A DNA stretch of 7,011 nt, taken from IMG/VR virus record IMGVR_UViG_2690316343_000007. One strand, 5' to 3'. The notes beneath the pieces were generated by a model. It did not search any database, had not been told where the DNA came from, and saw only the letters and a list, made by a program, of their open reading frames with translations. Every line of letters starts with the position of its first letter. The first letter of the stretch is position 1. The DNA is from a virus. Its lineage: Duplodnaviria; Heunggongvirae; Uroviricota; Caudoviricetes. This document shows, piece by piece, positions 1 to 5,957 of the stretch. The position numbers and the translations under genes are program-made.

Positions 1-33
1 ACTGGTTGTCTGGAGATTCAGGGGGCCAGTCTA
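1..33 (-). mobile_element. IS2 terminal inverted repeat (outer end only; the element body lies beyond the left window edge)
   Basis: Reverse complement of 3..33 reads TAGACTGGCCCCCTGAATCTCCAGACAACCA, which matches the IS2 terminus as I recall it. Similarity stops at 33/34. Only the tip is in the window, so orientation and completeness cannot be checked here. Confidence 0.7.
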
Positions 34-153
34 CGGACATTTTCTGCCTGTGGACCAGGAAAGTGCACGGGTGCTTTCCACTCCCATGAAGCCCGGCAAT
101 CCGCGCAGATACAGTAATAAACGAACTGACAGCAGTAAGATGGAGCGTTTCTT

Positions 154-411
154 TTGAACAACCAGACAATGACTTTTACCCCTGAACAATTGCGTAAACA
201 CGCGCAGGAAATGCTGCGTCATGCTGAACAACTCGAAAAAACGGGCATAACAAAAGACGCTATCCGTAAAGATATGGTACCCGCGCTTCGGGAACTGATG
301 CAGGCGAAGCATCGCGCACAGAAAGCAGTAGATGAGCTGGTGGACTGTGTGGCAGAGCTGGAAACCAGAGTCGGAAAGTTTGAAAAACTGGTGCAGGAGG
401 TGCTGCGCTGA
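154..411 (+). CDS. hypothetical small lambdoid nin-region protein (85 aa, charged, predicted helical); function unknown
   Basis: ORF in the same orientation as rusA. GGAG at 142-145 sits 8 nt upstream of the TTG at 154; an alternative in-frame ATG is at 169. Its stop codon overlaps the rusA start (TGATG at 409-413), which suggests translational coupling. No family recognised. Confidence 0.5.
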   Translation: MNNQTMTFTPEQLRKHAQEMLRHAEQLEKTGITKDAIRKDMVPALRELMQAKHRAQKAVDELVDCVAELETRVGKFEKLVQEVLR

Positions 412-785
412 TGCGTCATGAGTTTATTTTACCTTATCCGCCGACGGTGAATACTTACTGGCGACGTCGTGACAACACATATTTTGTATCAAAAGCCGGT
501 GAGCGTTATCGCCGGGATGTGGCGCTTATTGTCCGTCAGCAGCGACTGAAATTAAGCCTGTCCGGAAGACTGGCGATAAAGATTATTGCAGAGCCACCGG
601 ATAAGCGCCGTCGTGACCTGGACAATATCCTGAAAGCACCACTGGATGCACTGACACATGCGGGAGTGTTAATGGACGATGAGCAGTTTGATGAAATCAA
701 TATCGTTCGTGGTCAGCCAGTATCTGGTGGACGTCTGGGGGTGAAGATTTACCCCATAATGCATGAAGAGCAGGTCAAAAAATGA
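411..785 (+). CDS. rusA: RusA-family Holliday junction resolvase (crossover junction endodeoxyribonuclease)
   Basis: 124-aa product with N-terminal LPYPPTVNTYWRRR and central RRRDLDNILKAPLDALTHAGVLMDDEQ, matching the RusA signature as I recall it. AGGAGG at 395-400 lies about 10 nt upstream of the ATG. The stop overlaps the next gene's start (ATGA at 782-785). Position matches the lambdoid nin region just upstream of Q. Confidence 0.88.
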   Translation: MRHEFILPYPPTVNTYWRRRDNTYFVSKAGERYRRDVALIVRQQRLKLSLSGRLAIKIIAEPPDKRRRDLDNILKAPLDALTHAGVLMDDEQFDEINIVRGQPVSGGRLGVKIYPIMHEEQVKK

Positions 786-1636
786 AACTGGAAGATTTAC
801 CGAAATACTACTCCCCAAAATCCCCTTGCCTGACCGATGCATCGGCCTCAACGTCAAAAGATGCGCTGAGTATCACTGATGTGATGGCCGCGCAGGGCAT
901 GACACAGAATCGGGCTGAGATGGGGTTTTCTGCGTTCCTGGGGAAAATGGGCATCAGTATGAATGACAGGGCGCGGGCAACAGAATTACTGGCAGATTAT
1001 GCACTCAGTCGGTGCGATCGTGTGGCGGCGTTGAGAAAACTTCCGGCAGAAATAAAACCGGTAGTGATGCGCATTATGGCTTCGTACGCTTTTGAGGATT
1101 ATGCCCGCAGCGCAGCGAGTAAAAAGCAGTGCCCTTGTTGCTATGGGGAAAAATTTATTGAAAGCGTAGTTTTTACAAACAAGGTCCAGTATCCGGATGG
1201 TAAGCCGCCGGTATGGGCAAAGTGTACGAAAGGTGTGTATCCGTCTTACTGGGAAGAATGGAAAAAAGTCAGGGAGGTGGTAAAAGTTGCCTGTCCGGAG
1301 TGTGGCGGAAAGGGTGAGGTTTCCACCGCCTGTAAGGATTGCCGTGGGCGTGGTGTCGCCATTCATCGTGAAGAGTCGGTAAAACGTGGTATGCCTGTTA
1401 TCAGAGACTGCCAGCGTTGTGGTGGTCGTGGCTATGAAAGACTACCATCAACGGAGGCATTTAATGCTATATGCGAGGTGACAAACCAGATAACACGCGC
1501 GTCATGGGAAAAAACAGTTAAGAAATTCTATGATGCGCTGGTGACTCGGTTTGATATTGAAGAAGCATGGGCTGAGCGGCAGTTAAAAAAGGTAACTAGG
1601 TTGATTTTTCCGGAATCTGTGGTAAATTCGTCATAA
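782..1636 (+). CDS. late-gene antitermination protein Q (Q82/QuuQ-like) with DnaJ-type CxxCxGxG zinc-finger motifs
   Basis: 284-aa ORF coupled to rusA. N-terminal region (YYSPKSP...TDVMAAQGM) resembles my recollection of Qin-prophage QuuQ. C-terminal half carries CPCC, CPECGGKGE, CKDCRGRG and CQRCGGRG motifs. Gene order rusA-Q, followed by a promoter-like element and hairpin terminator, is the canonical lambdoid layout. Not verified by search. Confidence 0.6.
   Translation: MKLEDLPKYYSPKSPCLTDASASTSKDALSITDVMAAQGMTQNRAEMGFSAFLGKMGISMNDRARATELLADYALSRCDRVAALRKLPAEIKPVVMRIMASYAFEDYARSAASKKQCPCCYGEKFIESVVFTNKVQYPDGKPPVWAKCTKGVYPSYWEEWKKVREVVKVACPECGGKGEVSTACKDCRGRGVAIHREESVKRGMPVIRDCQRCGGRGYERLPSTEAFNAICEVTNQITRASWEKTVKKFYDALVTRFDIEEAWAERQLKKVTRLIFPESVVNSS
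1601..1628 (+). promoter_or_regulatory. candidate late promoter (pR'-like) inside the 3' end of the Q gene
   Basis: TTGATT (1601-1606), 16-nt spacer, TAAATT (1623-1628) preceded by TG at 1620-1621 (extended -10 form TGgTAAATT). Located where lambdoid phages place pR'. Prediction by eye only. Confidence 0.3.
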
Positions 1637-1677
1637 CTATGGGCGTTTTATGCCTGACGTTAGAAGAGTTTCTACAA

Positions 1678-1699
1678 CCCGCCGCCGAGCGGGTTTTTT
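1678..1699 (+). terminator. intrinsic terminator (tR'-like) about 40 nt after the Q stop codon
   Basis: GC-rich stem CCCGC(1678-1682)/GCGGG(1689-1693) with loop CGCCGA, followed by TTTTTT (1694-1699). Confidence 0.5.
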
Positions 1700-1772
1700 A
1701 TGACTGAAATCGCGTCAGTACAGTAAACGCGCTGGTGGCGGTGAATACCTGTCTTTCAGCTTGCTGGCTTTT

Positions 1773-1959
1773 NNNNNNNNNNNNNNNNNNNNNNNNNNNN
1801 NNNNNNNNNNNNNNNNNNNNNNNNNNNNNNNNNNNNNNNNNNNNNNNNNNNNNNNNNNNNNNNNNNNNNNNNNNNNNNNNNNNNNNNNNNNNNNNNNNNN
1901 NNNNNNNNNNNNNNNNNNNNNNNNNNNNNNNNNNNNNNNNNNNNNNNNNNNNNNNNNNN
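1773..1959. other. unresolved sequence: run of 187 N, flanked on both sides by an identical 53-bp sequence (1720-1772 and 1960-2012)
   Basis: Read directly from the sequence. The two ORFs in the supplied track that span this run are artefacts of translating N. Confidence 0.99.
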
Positions 1960-2059
1960 ACAGTAAACGCGCTGGTGGCGGTGAATACCTGTCTTTCAGC
2001 TTGCTGGCTTTTTCGACAAGAGTTATTGGTGTGTCACGTTAACCGGAAAAGGAAAAGAC

Positions 2060-2257
2060 ATGCTAAAACAGCAGGATATGACAGAAACCGCCAGAGTGGT
2101 GTTTAATGAATTAAGCGTTACCGAACCGGCGACAGTCGGGGAGATAGCGCAGAATACTTACCTTTCACGCGAACGCTGCCAGTTAATACTGACCCAGCTG
2201 GTTATGGCGGGTCTGGCAGACTATCAGTTCGGTTGTTACAGACGCCTTCCGCAGTGA
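2060..2257 (+). CDS. small putative winged-helix DNA-binding protein (65 aa), function unknown
   Basis: AGGA at 2050-2053 lies 6 nt upstream of the ATG. The segment ATVGEIAQNTYLSRERCQLILTQLVMAGLA looks like a helix-turn-helix recognition region (PapI/FaeA-like by eye). The stop codon sits inside an intrinsic terminator. Confidence 0.5.
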   Translation: MLKQQDMTETARVVFNELSVTEPATVGEIAQNTYLSRERCQLILTQLVMAGLADYQFGCYRRLPQ

Positions 2258-2267
2258 AGGCTTTTTT
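2244..2267 (+). terminator. intrinsic terminator closing the small winged-helix gene
   Basis: Stem GCCTTC(2244-2249)/GAAGGC(2256-2261), 6-nt loop, then TTTTTT (2262-2267). Confidence 0.5.
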
Positions 2268-2270
2268 ATT

Positions 2271-2281
2271 TGTGGTAAATG
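2271..2281 (+). promoter_or_regulatory. candidate extended -10 promoter for the methyltransferase gene
   Basis: TGTGGTAAATG, i.e. TG-n-TAAATG. The same decamer TGTGGTAAAT also occurs at 1618-1627 in the candidate pR'. No convincing -35. Confidence 0.3.
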
Positions 2282-2284
2282 GGC

Positions 2285-2315
2285 GGCTGGTGGGTGTTAG
2301 GGGCACCCACCAGCC
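2285..2315. repeat. perfect 12-bp inverted repeat (stem-loop) in the methyltransferase leader
   Basis: GGCTGGTGGGTG (2285-2296), loop TTAGGGG, CACCCACCAGCC (2304-2315). No U-tract follows. A second hairpin CTGCTTT/AAAGCAG lies at 2357-2375. Confidence 0.8.
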
Positions 2316-2407
2316 ATCTGCTCATGCGTTGGGTTCACAAGCAAACCTCAGGCCCACTGCTTTGCGCAAAAGCAGAATGAGCCTATCAGAGACAGGCTTA
2401 ATGATCC

Positions 2408-3466
2408 ATGCTTAATACTGTAAAAATATCCAGTTGTGAGTTAATCAACGCCGACTGCCTGGAATTTATCCGGTCGTTACCCGAAAATTCTGTTGACCTG
2501 ATAGTCACGGACCCGCCGTACTTTAAAGTGAAGCCTGAGGGCTGGGATAACCAGTGGAAGGGCGACGATGATTACCTGAAGTGGCTGGACCAGTGTCTGG
2601 CGCAGTTCTGGCGGGTGCTGAAACCTGCCGGAAGTCTTTACCTGTTCTGTGGTCATCGCCTGGCATCTGATATCGAAATCATGATGCGTGAACGCTTCAG
2701 TGTGCTGAACCATATTATCTGGGCGAAGCCGTCCGGACGCTGGAACGGATGCAACAAGGAAAGCCTGCGGGCGTATTTCCCCGCCACAGAGCGCATTCTG
2801 TTCGCGGAACATTATCAGGGGCCGTATCGTCCGAAAGATGCCGGGTATGCGGCGAAGGGCAGTGCACTGAAACAGCATGTGATGGCCCCGCTGATTTCTT
2901 ACTTTCGTGATGCGCGAGCTGCCCTGGGGATAACGGCAAAACAGATTGCAGATGCCACAGGAAAGAAAAACATGGTGTCGCACTGGTTCAGTGCCGGTCA
3001 GTGGCAGTTGCCGAATGAAAGCGATTATCTGAAATTACAGGCGCTGTTTGCCCGGGTGGCAGAAGAGAAGCATCGGCGTGGTGAACTGGAAAAGCTCCAC
3101 CACCAGCTGGTGGATACGTATACCTCACTGAACCGGCAGTATGCGGAGCTGCTGAGTGAATATAAACATCTGCGGCGGTATTTTGGCGTGACGGTGCAGG
3201 TGCCGTATACCGATGTGTGGACGCATAAACCGGTGCAGTTCTATCCCGGGAAACATCCGTGCGAAAAACCGGCAGAAATGCTGCAGCAGATAATCAGCGC
3301 TAGCAGTCGTCCGGGTGACCTGATTGCAGATTTTTTCATGGGGTTGGGTTCGACAGTGAAAGCGGCACTGGCGCTCGGGCGTCGTGCAATTGGCGTTGAG
3401 CTGGAGACTGAACGTTTTGAGCAGACGGTTCGGGAAGTACAGGATTTAGTCAGCCAGAACGGATGA
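2408..3466 (+). CDS. beta-class DNA methyltransferase (N6-adenine/N4-cytosine family; DPPY motif suggests N6-adenine), apparently orphan
   Basis: 352-aa ORF. Catalytic motif IV (VDLIVTDPPYF) is near the N-terminus and the AdoMet-binding motif I (DLIADFFMGLGST) near the C-terminus, the beta-class order. A coiled-coil-like insert lies between them. No restriction endonuclease candidate is adjacent in the window. Confidence 0.88.
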   Translation: MLNTVKISSCELINADCLEFIRSLPENSVDLIVTDPPYFKVKPEGWDNQWKGDDDYLKWLDQCLAQFWRVLKPAGSLYLFCGHRLASDIEIMMRERFSVLNHIIWAKPSGRWNGCNKESLRAYFPATERILFAEHYQGPYRPKDAGYAAKGSALKQHVMAPLISYFRDARAALGITAKQIADATGKKNMVSHWFSAGQWQLPNESDYLKLQALFARVAEEKHRRGELEKLHHQLVDTYTSLNRQYAELLSEYKHLRRYFGVTVQVPYTDVWTHKPVQFYPGKHPCEKPAEMLQQIISASSRPGDLIADFFMGLGSTVKAALALGRRAIGVELETERFEQTVREVQDLVSQNG

Positions 3467-3468
3467 TA

Positions 3469-3497
3469 TTGAAGAATTAATTACGCGTCGTTATTAT
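3469..3497 (+). promoter_or_regulatory. sigma70-type promoter for the tRNA cluster
   Basis: TTGAAG (3469-3474), 17-nt spacer, TATTAT (3492-3497), then a GC-rich discriminator (GCGGCTCC) placing the start just before the first tRNA at 3507. Confidence 0.45.
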
Positions 3498-3506
3498 GCG
3501 GCTCCC

Positions 3507-3582
3507 GGCCCTTTAGCTCAGTGGTGAGAGCGAGCGACTCATAATCGCCAGGTCGCTGGTTCAAATCCAGCAAGGGCCACCA
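3507..3582 (+). tRNA. ileZ: tRNA with CAU anticodon, most likely tRNA-Ile2 (lysidine type), alternatively tRNA-Met; encoded CCA
   Basis: Cloverleaf folded by hand: acceptor GGCCCTT/AAGGGCC, D-stem GCTC/GAGC, anticodon loop CTCATAA, T-arm GCTGG-TTCAAAT-CCAGC. Near-identical in outline to E. coli ileX as I recall it. Symbol follows the Stx-phage cluster naming and is tentative. Confidence 0.85.
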
Positions 3583-3589
3583 TCACATA

Positions 3590-3666
3590 CCGCCATTAGC
3601 TCATCAGGAAAGAGCGCCAGCCTTCGAAGCTGGCTGCGCGGGGTTCAAGTCCCCGATGGCGGTCCA
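3590..3666 (+). tRNA. argN: tRNA-Arg (anticodon UCG, reads CGA); encoded CCA
   Basis: Acceptor CCGCCAT/ATGGCGG (7 bp, perfect), anticodon stem CCAGC/GCTGG with loop CTTCGAA, T-arm CGGGG-TTCAAGT-CCCCG. Symbol is tentative and based on order within the cluster. Confidence 0.8.
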
Positions 3667-3679
3667 TTATCTGCATCAT

Positions 3680-3756
3680 GCGTTGTTAGCTCAGCCGGAC
3701 AGAGCAATTGCCTTCTAAGCAATCGGTCACTGGTTCGAATCCAGTACAGCGCGCCA
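3680..3756 (+). tRNA. argO: tRNA-Arg (anticodon UCU, reads AGA); encoded CCA
   Basis: Acceptor GCGTTGT/ACAGCGC (one G-U pair), anticodon stem ATTGC/GCAAT with loop CTTCTAA, T-arm ACTGG-TTCGAAT-CCAGT. Symbol tentative. Confidence 0.8.
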
Positions 3757-3866
3757 TATTCATTCTTCCAGATTCCTTCCGGCAGAGCCTTATACTGAAA
3801 TATACCTGGCTCAGGATATTGTTGAAAATATTTTATGTTTGTCAAAAATAAAAGTTCTGTTAAGTA

Positions 3867-4220
3867 TTGATTGAGTGTTTGTTATACGGTCTAATGGTTT
3901 TTTCAGCATTAAATATTTATCATTCATATGGTGTGGGTAGAGTGAATATTGATGAGGCGTCGGGGTGTTTCATCCTTAGGCAGCGTATTGATATAGTCAA
4001 TGCAGCACGAGCAAAGGCCTTCAGCCGTTTGACAGTTTTGTTCTGTACTCCTGATCGTCTTTCGGGAAGAGACGTTATTATTCTGAATAGTGATGCTATA
4101 CAGAGGGTTTGCGATGAGTTCATGGTTGCTAATTCAGAATTATTTGCTCTTGTTCAGGAGTACAACAGAATAGCCAGGACCTGTGGTATGGATGAACTTC
4201 GGATTACTCATCTGGGGTAG
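3867..4220 (+). CDS. hypothetical protein at the accessory locus (117 aa from TTG 3867; about 109 aa if the first in-frame ATG at 3890 is used); function unknown
   Basis: Only sizeable ORF between the tRNA cluster and the repeat. Preceded by a very AT-rich intergenic stretch (3757-3866). No recognisable motif, no hydrophobic segment, start codon and RBS weak. Confidence 0.4.
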   Translation: MIECLLYGLMVFSALNIYHSYGVGRVNIDEASGCFILRQRIDIVNAARAKAFSRLTVLFCTPDRLSGRDVIILNSDAIQRVCDEFMVANSELFALVQEYNRIARTCGMDELRITHLG

Positions 4221-4367
4221 ATACATATCTGGATTATCACCTGTTACGGTAAAAAGTGATTGCTTACTGTTTTTGTGAATGGCATTGCAGCAGCCGGATA
4301 ATGTCAGTGCTGGCTGACGGTGTGCTGGTGGCGGGTGTGGTGGTTGTTGCTTTCCCGTTGCTGAAAA

Positions 4368-4631
4368 AGAAAACGCCAGACTGTTAGCCGGGTATCAGTT
4401 AGCGGGAGAAATTTTTAAATACTTCACAATTCAGGCGGTTGACTGTTGTCTGGTTTGCGGGGAGTTTGTTAAAAGAAACTGGCATGGTGAATCCCCCTGT
4501 GCGGAGGGGCAATCAGCGAGTAGGTATATGGGATAATCGCGGATTCAGGTGCTGGTACTGAATTCACCGGGAGGCACCCGGCATCATGCAATGGCACATA
4601 GCGCCACTCTCCAGCCCTCTCCGGAGGGGCT
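4368..4631 (+). repeat. direct repeat copy A (~264 bp), partner of 5958-6222
   Basis: Aligned by eye to 5958-6222 at an offset of 1590: one substitution (T4584 vs C6174), one 1-nt indel in the terminal hairpin, and one N in copy B. Contains several hairpins (4494-4509, 4541-4565, 4567-4581). Confidence 0.95.
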
Positions 4632-4636
4632 TTTCT
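4613..4636 (+). terminator. intrinsic-terminator-like hairpin at the 3' end of repeat copy A
   Basis: AGCCCTC...GAGGGGCT stem with one bulged base and a TCCG loop, followed by TTTTCTGTG. Confidence 0.4.
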
Positions 4637-4863
4637 GTGCCGGATACATCACAGTTTCTGGAACCTTAGGTACTACAGTATCAGTCAGGGTGCTATATTT
4701 TCAGATGTGATGAAAGCCTGTCAGCAGGCAGGGCGTATCGGAAATGACCCAGTAGAGAAAACGTTGACTCAGATACCGGTGCTGAGTTACCGGGAAACCG
4801 GCATCACATGACCGCTATCCTGAGGTGTACTGGCAATAGCGGACACTACCATTTGTTCTTTTT

Positions 4864-5682
4864 TTAAGCAGCCATCTGATGATATTTTTCCCTGAAGGCT
4901 GCCGGGGAGATATTCCCCAGACGAGAGTGACGACGCTGACGATTGTAGAAAATCTCAATGTATTCCCGTATTACTGAGATGGCTTCATCCCGGTTATTAA
5001 AACGATAGTGGCTCAGGCTCTCATTTTTCAGCGTTCCCCAGAAGCTTTCCATCGGAGCGTTGTCGTAACAGTTACCTTTACGCGACATTGATGTTTTCAG
5101 ACCAGACTGCTCCTGTATGACCCGGTAATCGTATGCGCAGTACTGTGAACCTCGATCAGAGTGGTGGATTAGCCCGGCAGGTGGGCGCTGGCTCCTGAGC
5201 GCCATAAACAGGGCTTTACCTGTCAGCTCTTTTGTCATGCGCTCTCCCATGGCGTAGCCGACAATTTCGCACGTATAAACATCTTTGATGCCAGCGAGGT
5301 ACAACCATCCCTCCTGTGTGGCAACATACGTCAGGTCCGCCACCCAGACCTGATTTGGTGCTGTAGGAGCGAACGTCTGGTTCAGCAGATTTGGCGCAAC
5401 TGGCAGATTGTGGTTCGAGTTCGTAGTCGCTCTGAACTTGCGTTTCTGCTTACAGCGTAGCCTTAGCTCCTTACGAAGACGTGCCAGTCGGTCACGACCA
5501 ACGATGATGCCATTCTCTGCCAGCTCCGTCTGGAGCCGCCGGGTTCCATATGTTTCGCGAGTGCGGATATGTGCCACCTTAATCTCCAGTTTTAGCCGCT
5601 CATCACTTTGTTTTCTGTCTGAGGGTTCATGCTGTACCCAGTTGTAATAACCGCTCCTGGATACACCAAATACCTGACACAT
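4864..5682 (-). CDS. IS3-family transposase OrfB (DDE/RNase-H-fold catalytic domain)
   Basis: 272-aa ORF with the characteristic WVADLTY, HSDRGSQY and CYDNAPMESFWGTLKNE segments. Its frame is open upstream back to the slippery site, consistent with OrfAB fusion by a -1 frameshift. Confidence 0.9.
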   Translation of the reverse strand: MCQVFGVSRSGYYNWVQHEPSDRKQSDERLKLEIKVAHIRTRETYGTRRLQTELAENGIIVGRDRLARLRKELRLRCKQKRKFRATTNSNHNLPVAPNLLNQTFAPTAPNQVWVADLTYVATQEGWLYLAGIKDVYTCEIVGYAMGERMTKELTGKALFMALRSQRPPAGLIHHSDRGSQYCAYDYRVIQEQSGLKTSMSRKGNCYDNAPMESFWGTLKNESLSHYRFNNRDEAISVIREYIEIFYNRQRRHSRLGNISPAAFREKYHQMAA

Positions 5683-5717
5683 CGCTTCAATGGGAAATTG
5701 TTGTCGCCATTGTTCGA

Positions 5718-5957
5718 TTAACGCGTATTTTTCAGCGACTCCTGTGCAAAATACGCTGTTGCTTTTTTTAATATATCTCGCTCAAGGCGAGCTTCATTTA
5801 ACGCCTTACGCAGTTGCAGAATTTCAGATTCCAGTTCAGCCACCGTGCGGGAACCAGGAGTACCGAGCCCTTTTCTGGCGGCGGTAACCCATTGTCCTAA
5901 AGTGCCTTCAGGAAGAGATAATCGGGAAGCGCCTTCACTGATCGAAAGTTGATTTTC
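5718..5957 (-). pseudogene. IS3-family transposase orfA, 5'-truncated (about 79 codons, no start codon)
   Basis: Minus-strand translation gives ...ENQLSISEGASRLSLPEGTLGQWVTAARKGLGTPGSRTVAELESEILQLRKALNEARLERDILKKATAYFAQESLKNTR-stop, an HTH plus leucine-zipper OrfA C-terminus. The upstream frame runs into repeat sequence with no Met. Confidence 0.75.
5763..5769 (-). other. programmed -1 ribosomal frameshift site (A AAA AAA heptamer) linking orfA to orfB
   Basis: Seven consecutive T on the plus strand (A7 on the coding strand) inside the orfA 3' end. A -1 shift here reads KKSNSVFCTGVAEKYALIEQWRQQFPIEAMCQVFGVS into OrfB with no stop. Confidence 0.6.

Larger units (their letters stand above)
4821..5957 (-). 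mobile_element. IS3-family insertion sequence, 5'-truncated: right end and OrfB intact, orfA start and left inverted repeat missing
   Basis: On the minus strand the order is orfA fragment, A7 slippery site, OrfB, then the terminus ...CAGTACACCTCA (plus-strand TGAGGTGTACTGGCAATAGCGGACAC from 4821), which has the TG...CA form typical of the IS3 family. Similarity to IS-type coding ends at 5957/5958, where repeat copy B begins. The right boundary is good to about 2 bp. Confidence 0.85.

Noticed and set aside
31-312. 93-aa minus-strand ORF running from the IS2 end into the 85-aa gene
   Set aside because: Crosses the IS/phage junction and is antisense to a better-supported gene. The same applies to 219-419 (-) and 669-857 (-).
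986-1366. 126-aa minus-strand ORF inside the Q gene
   Set aside because: Antisense to a gene with clear motifs and coupling; no RBS. The same applies to 2477-2983 (-) and 2715-2939 (-) inside the methyltransferase.
1735-2106. ORFs in the supplied track spanning the N-run (1735-2106 and 1761-2042)
   Set aside because: They exist only because N translates as X with no stop. No real coding evidence.
2233-2415. 60-aa plus-strand ORF between the winged-helix gene and the methyltransferase
   Set aside because: It runs through the terminator and the 12-bp hairpin, has no RBS, and is better explained as structured leader sequence.
3645-3845. 66-aa minus-strand ORF overlapping the tRNA genes
   Set aside because: Antisense to two well-folded tRNAs; chance ORF.
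3920-4123. 67-aa minus-strand ORF inside the 117-aa ORF
   Set aside because: No RBS and entirely antisense to the longer ORF. It remains formally possible, since neither ORF has homology support.
4470-4500. Sigma54-type promoter (TGGCAT...) inside the repeat
   Set aside because: A GG element is present but there is no TTGC element at the correct spacing.
4632-4820. Short ORF (about 33 aa, MKACQQAGRIGNDPVEKTLTQIPVLSYRETGIT) between repeat copy A and the IS
   Set aside because: No RBS and no recognisable features. Kept only as a note because the segment is otherwise unexplained.
5408-5887. Plus-strand ORFs 5408-5647 and 5690-5887 within the IS
   Set aside because: Antisense to transposase coding sequence; typical chance ORFs.
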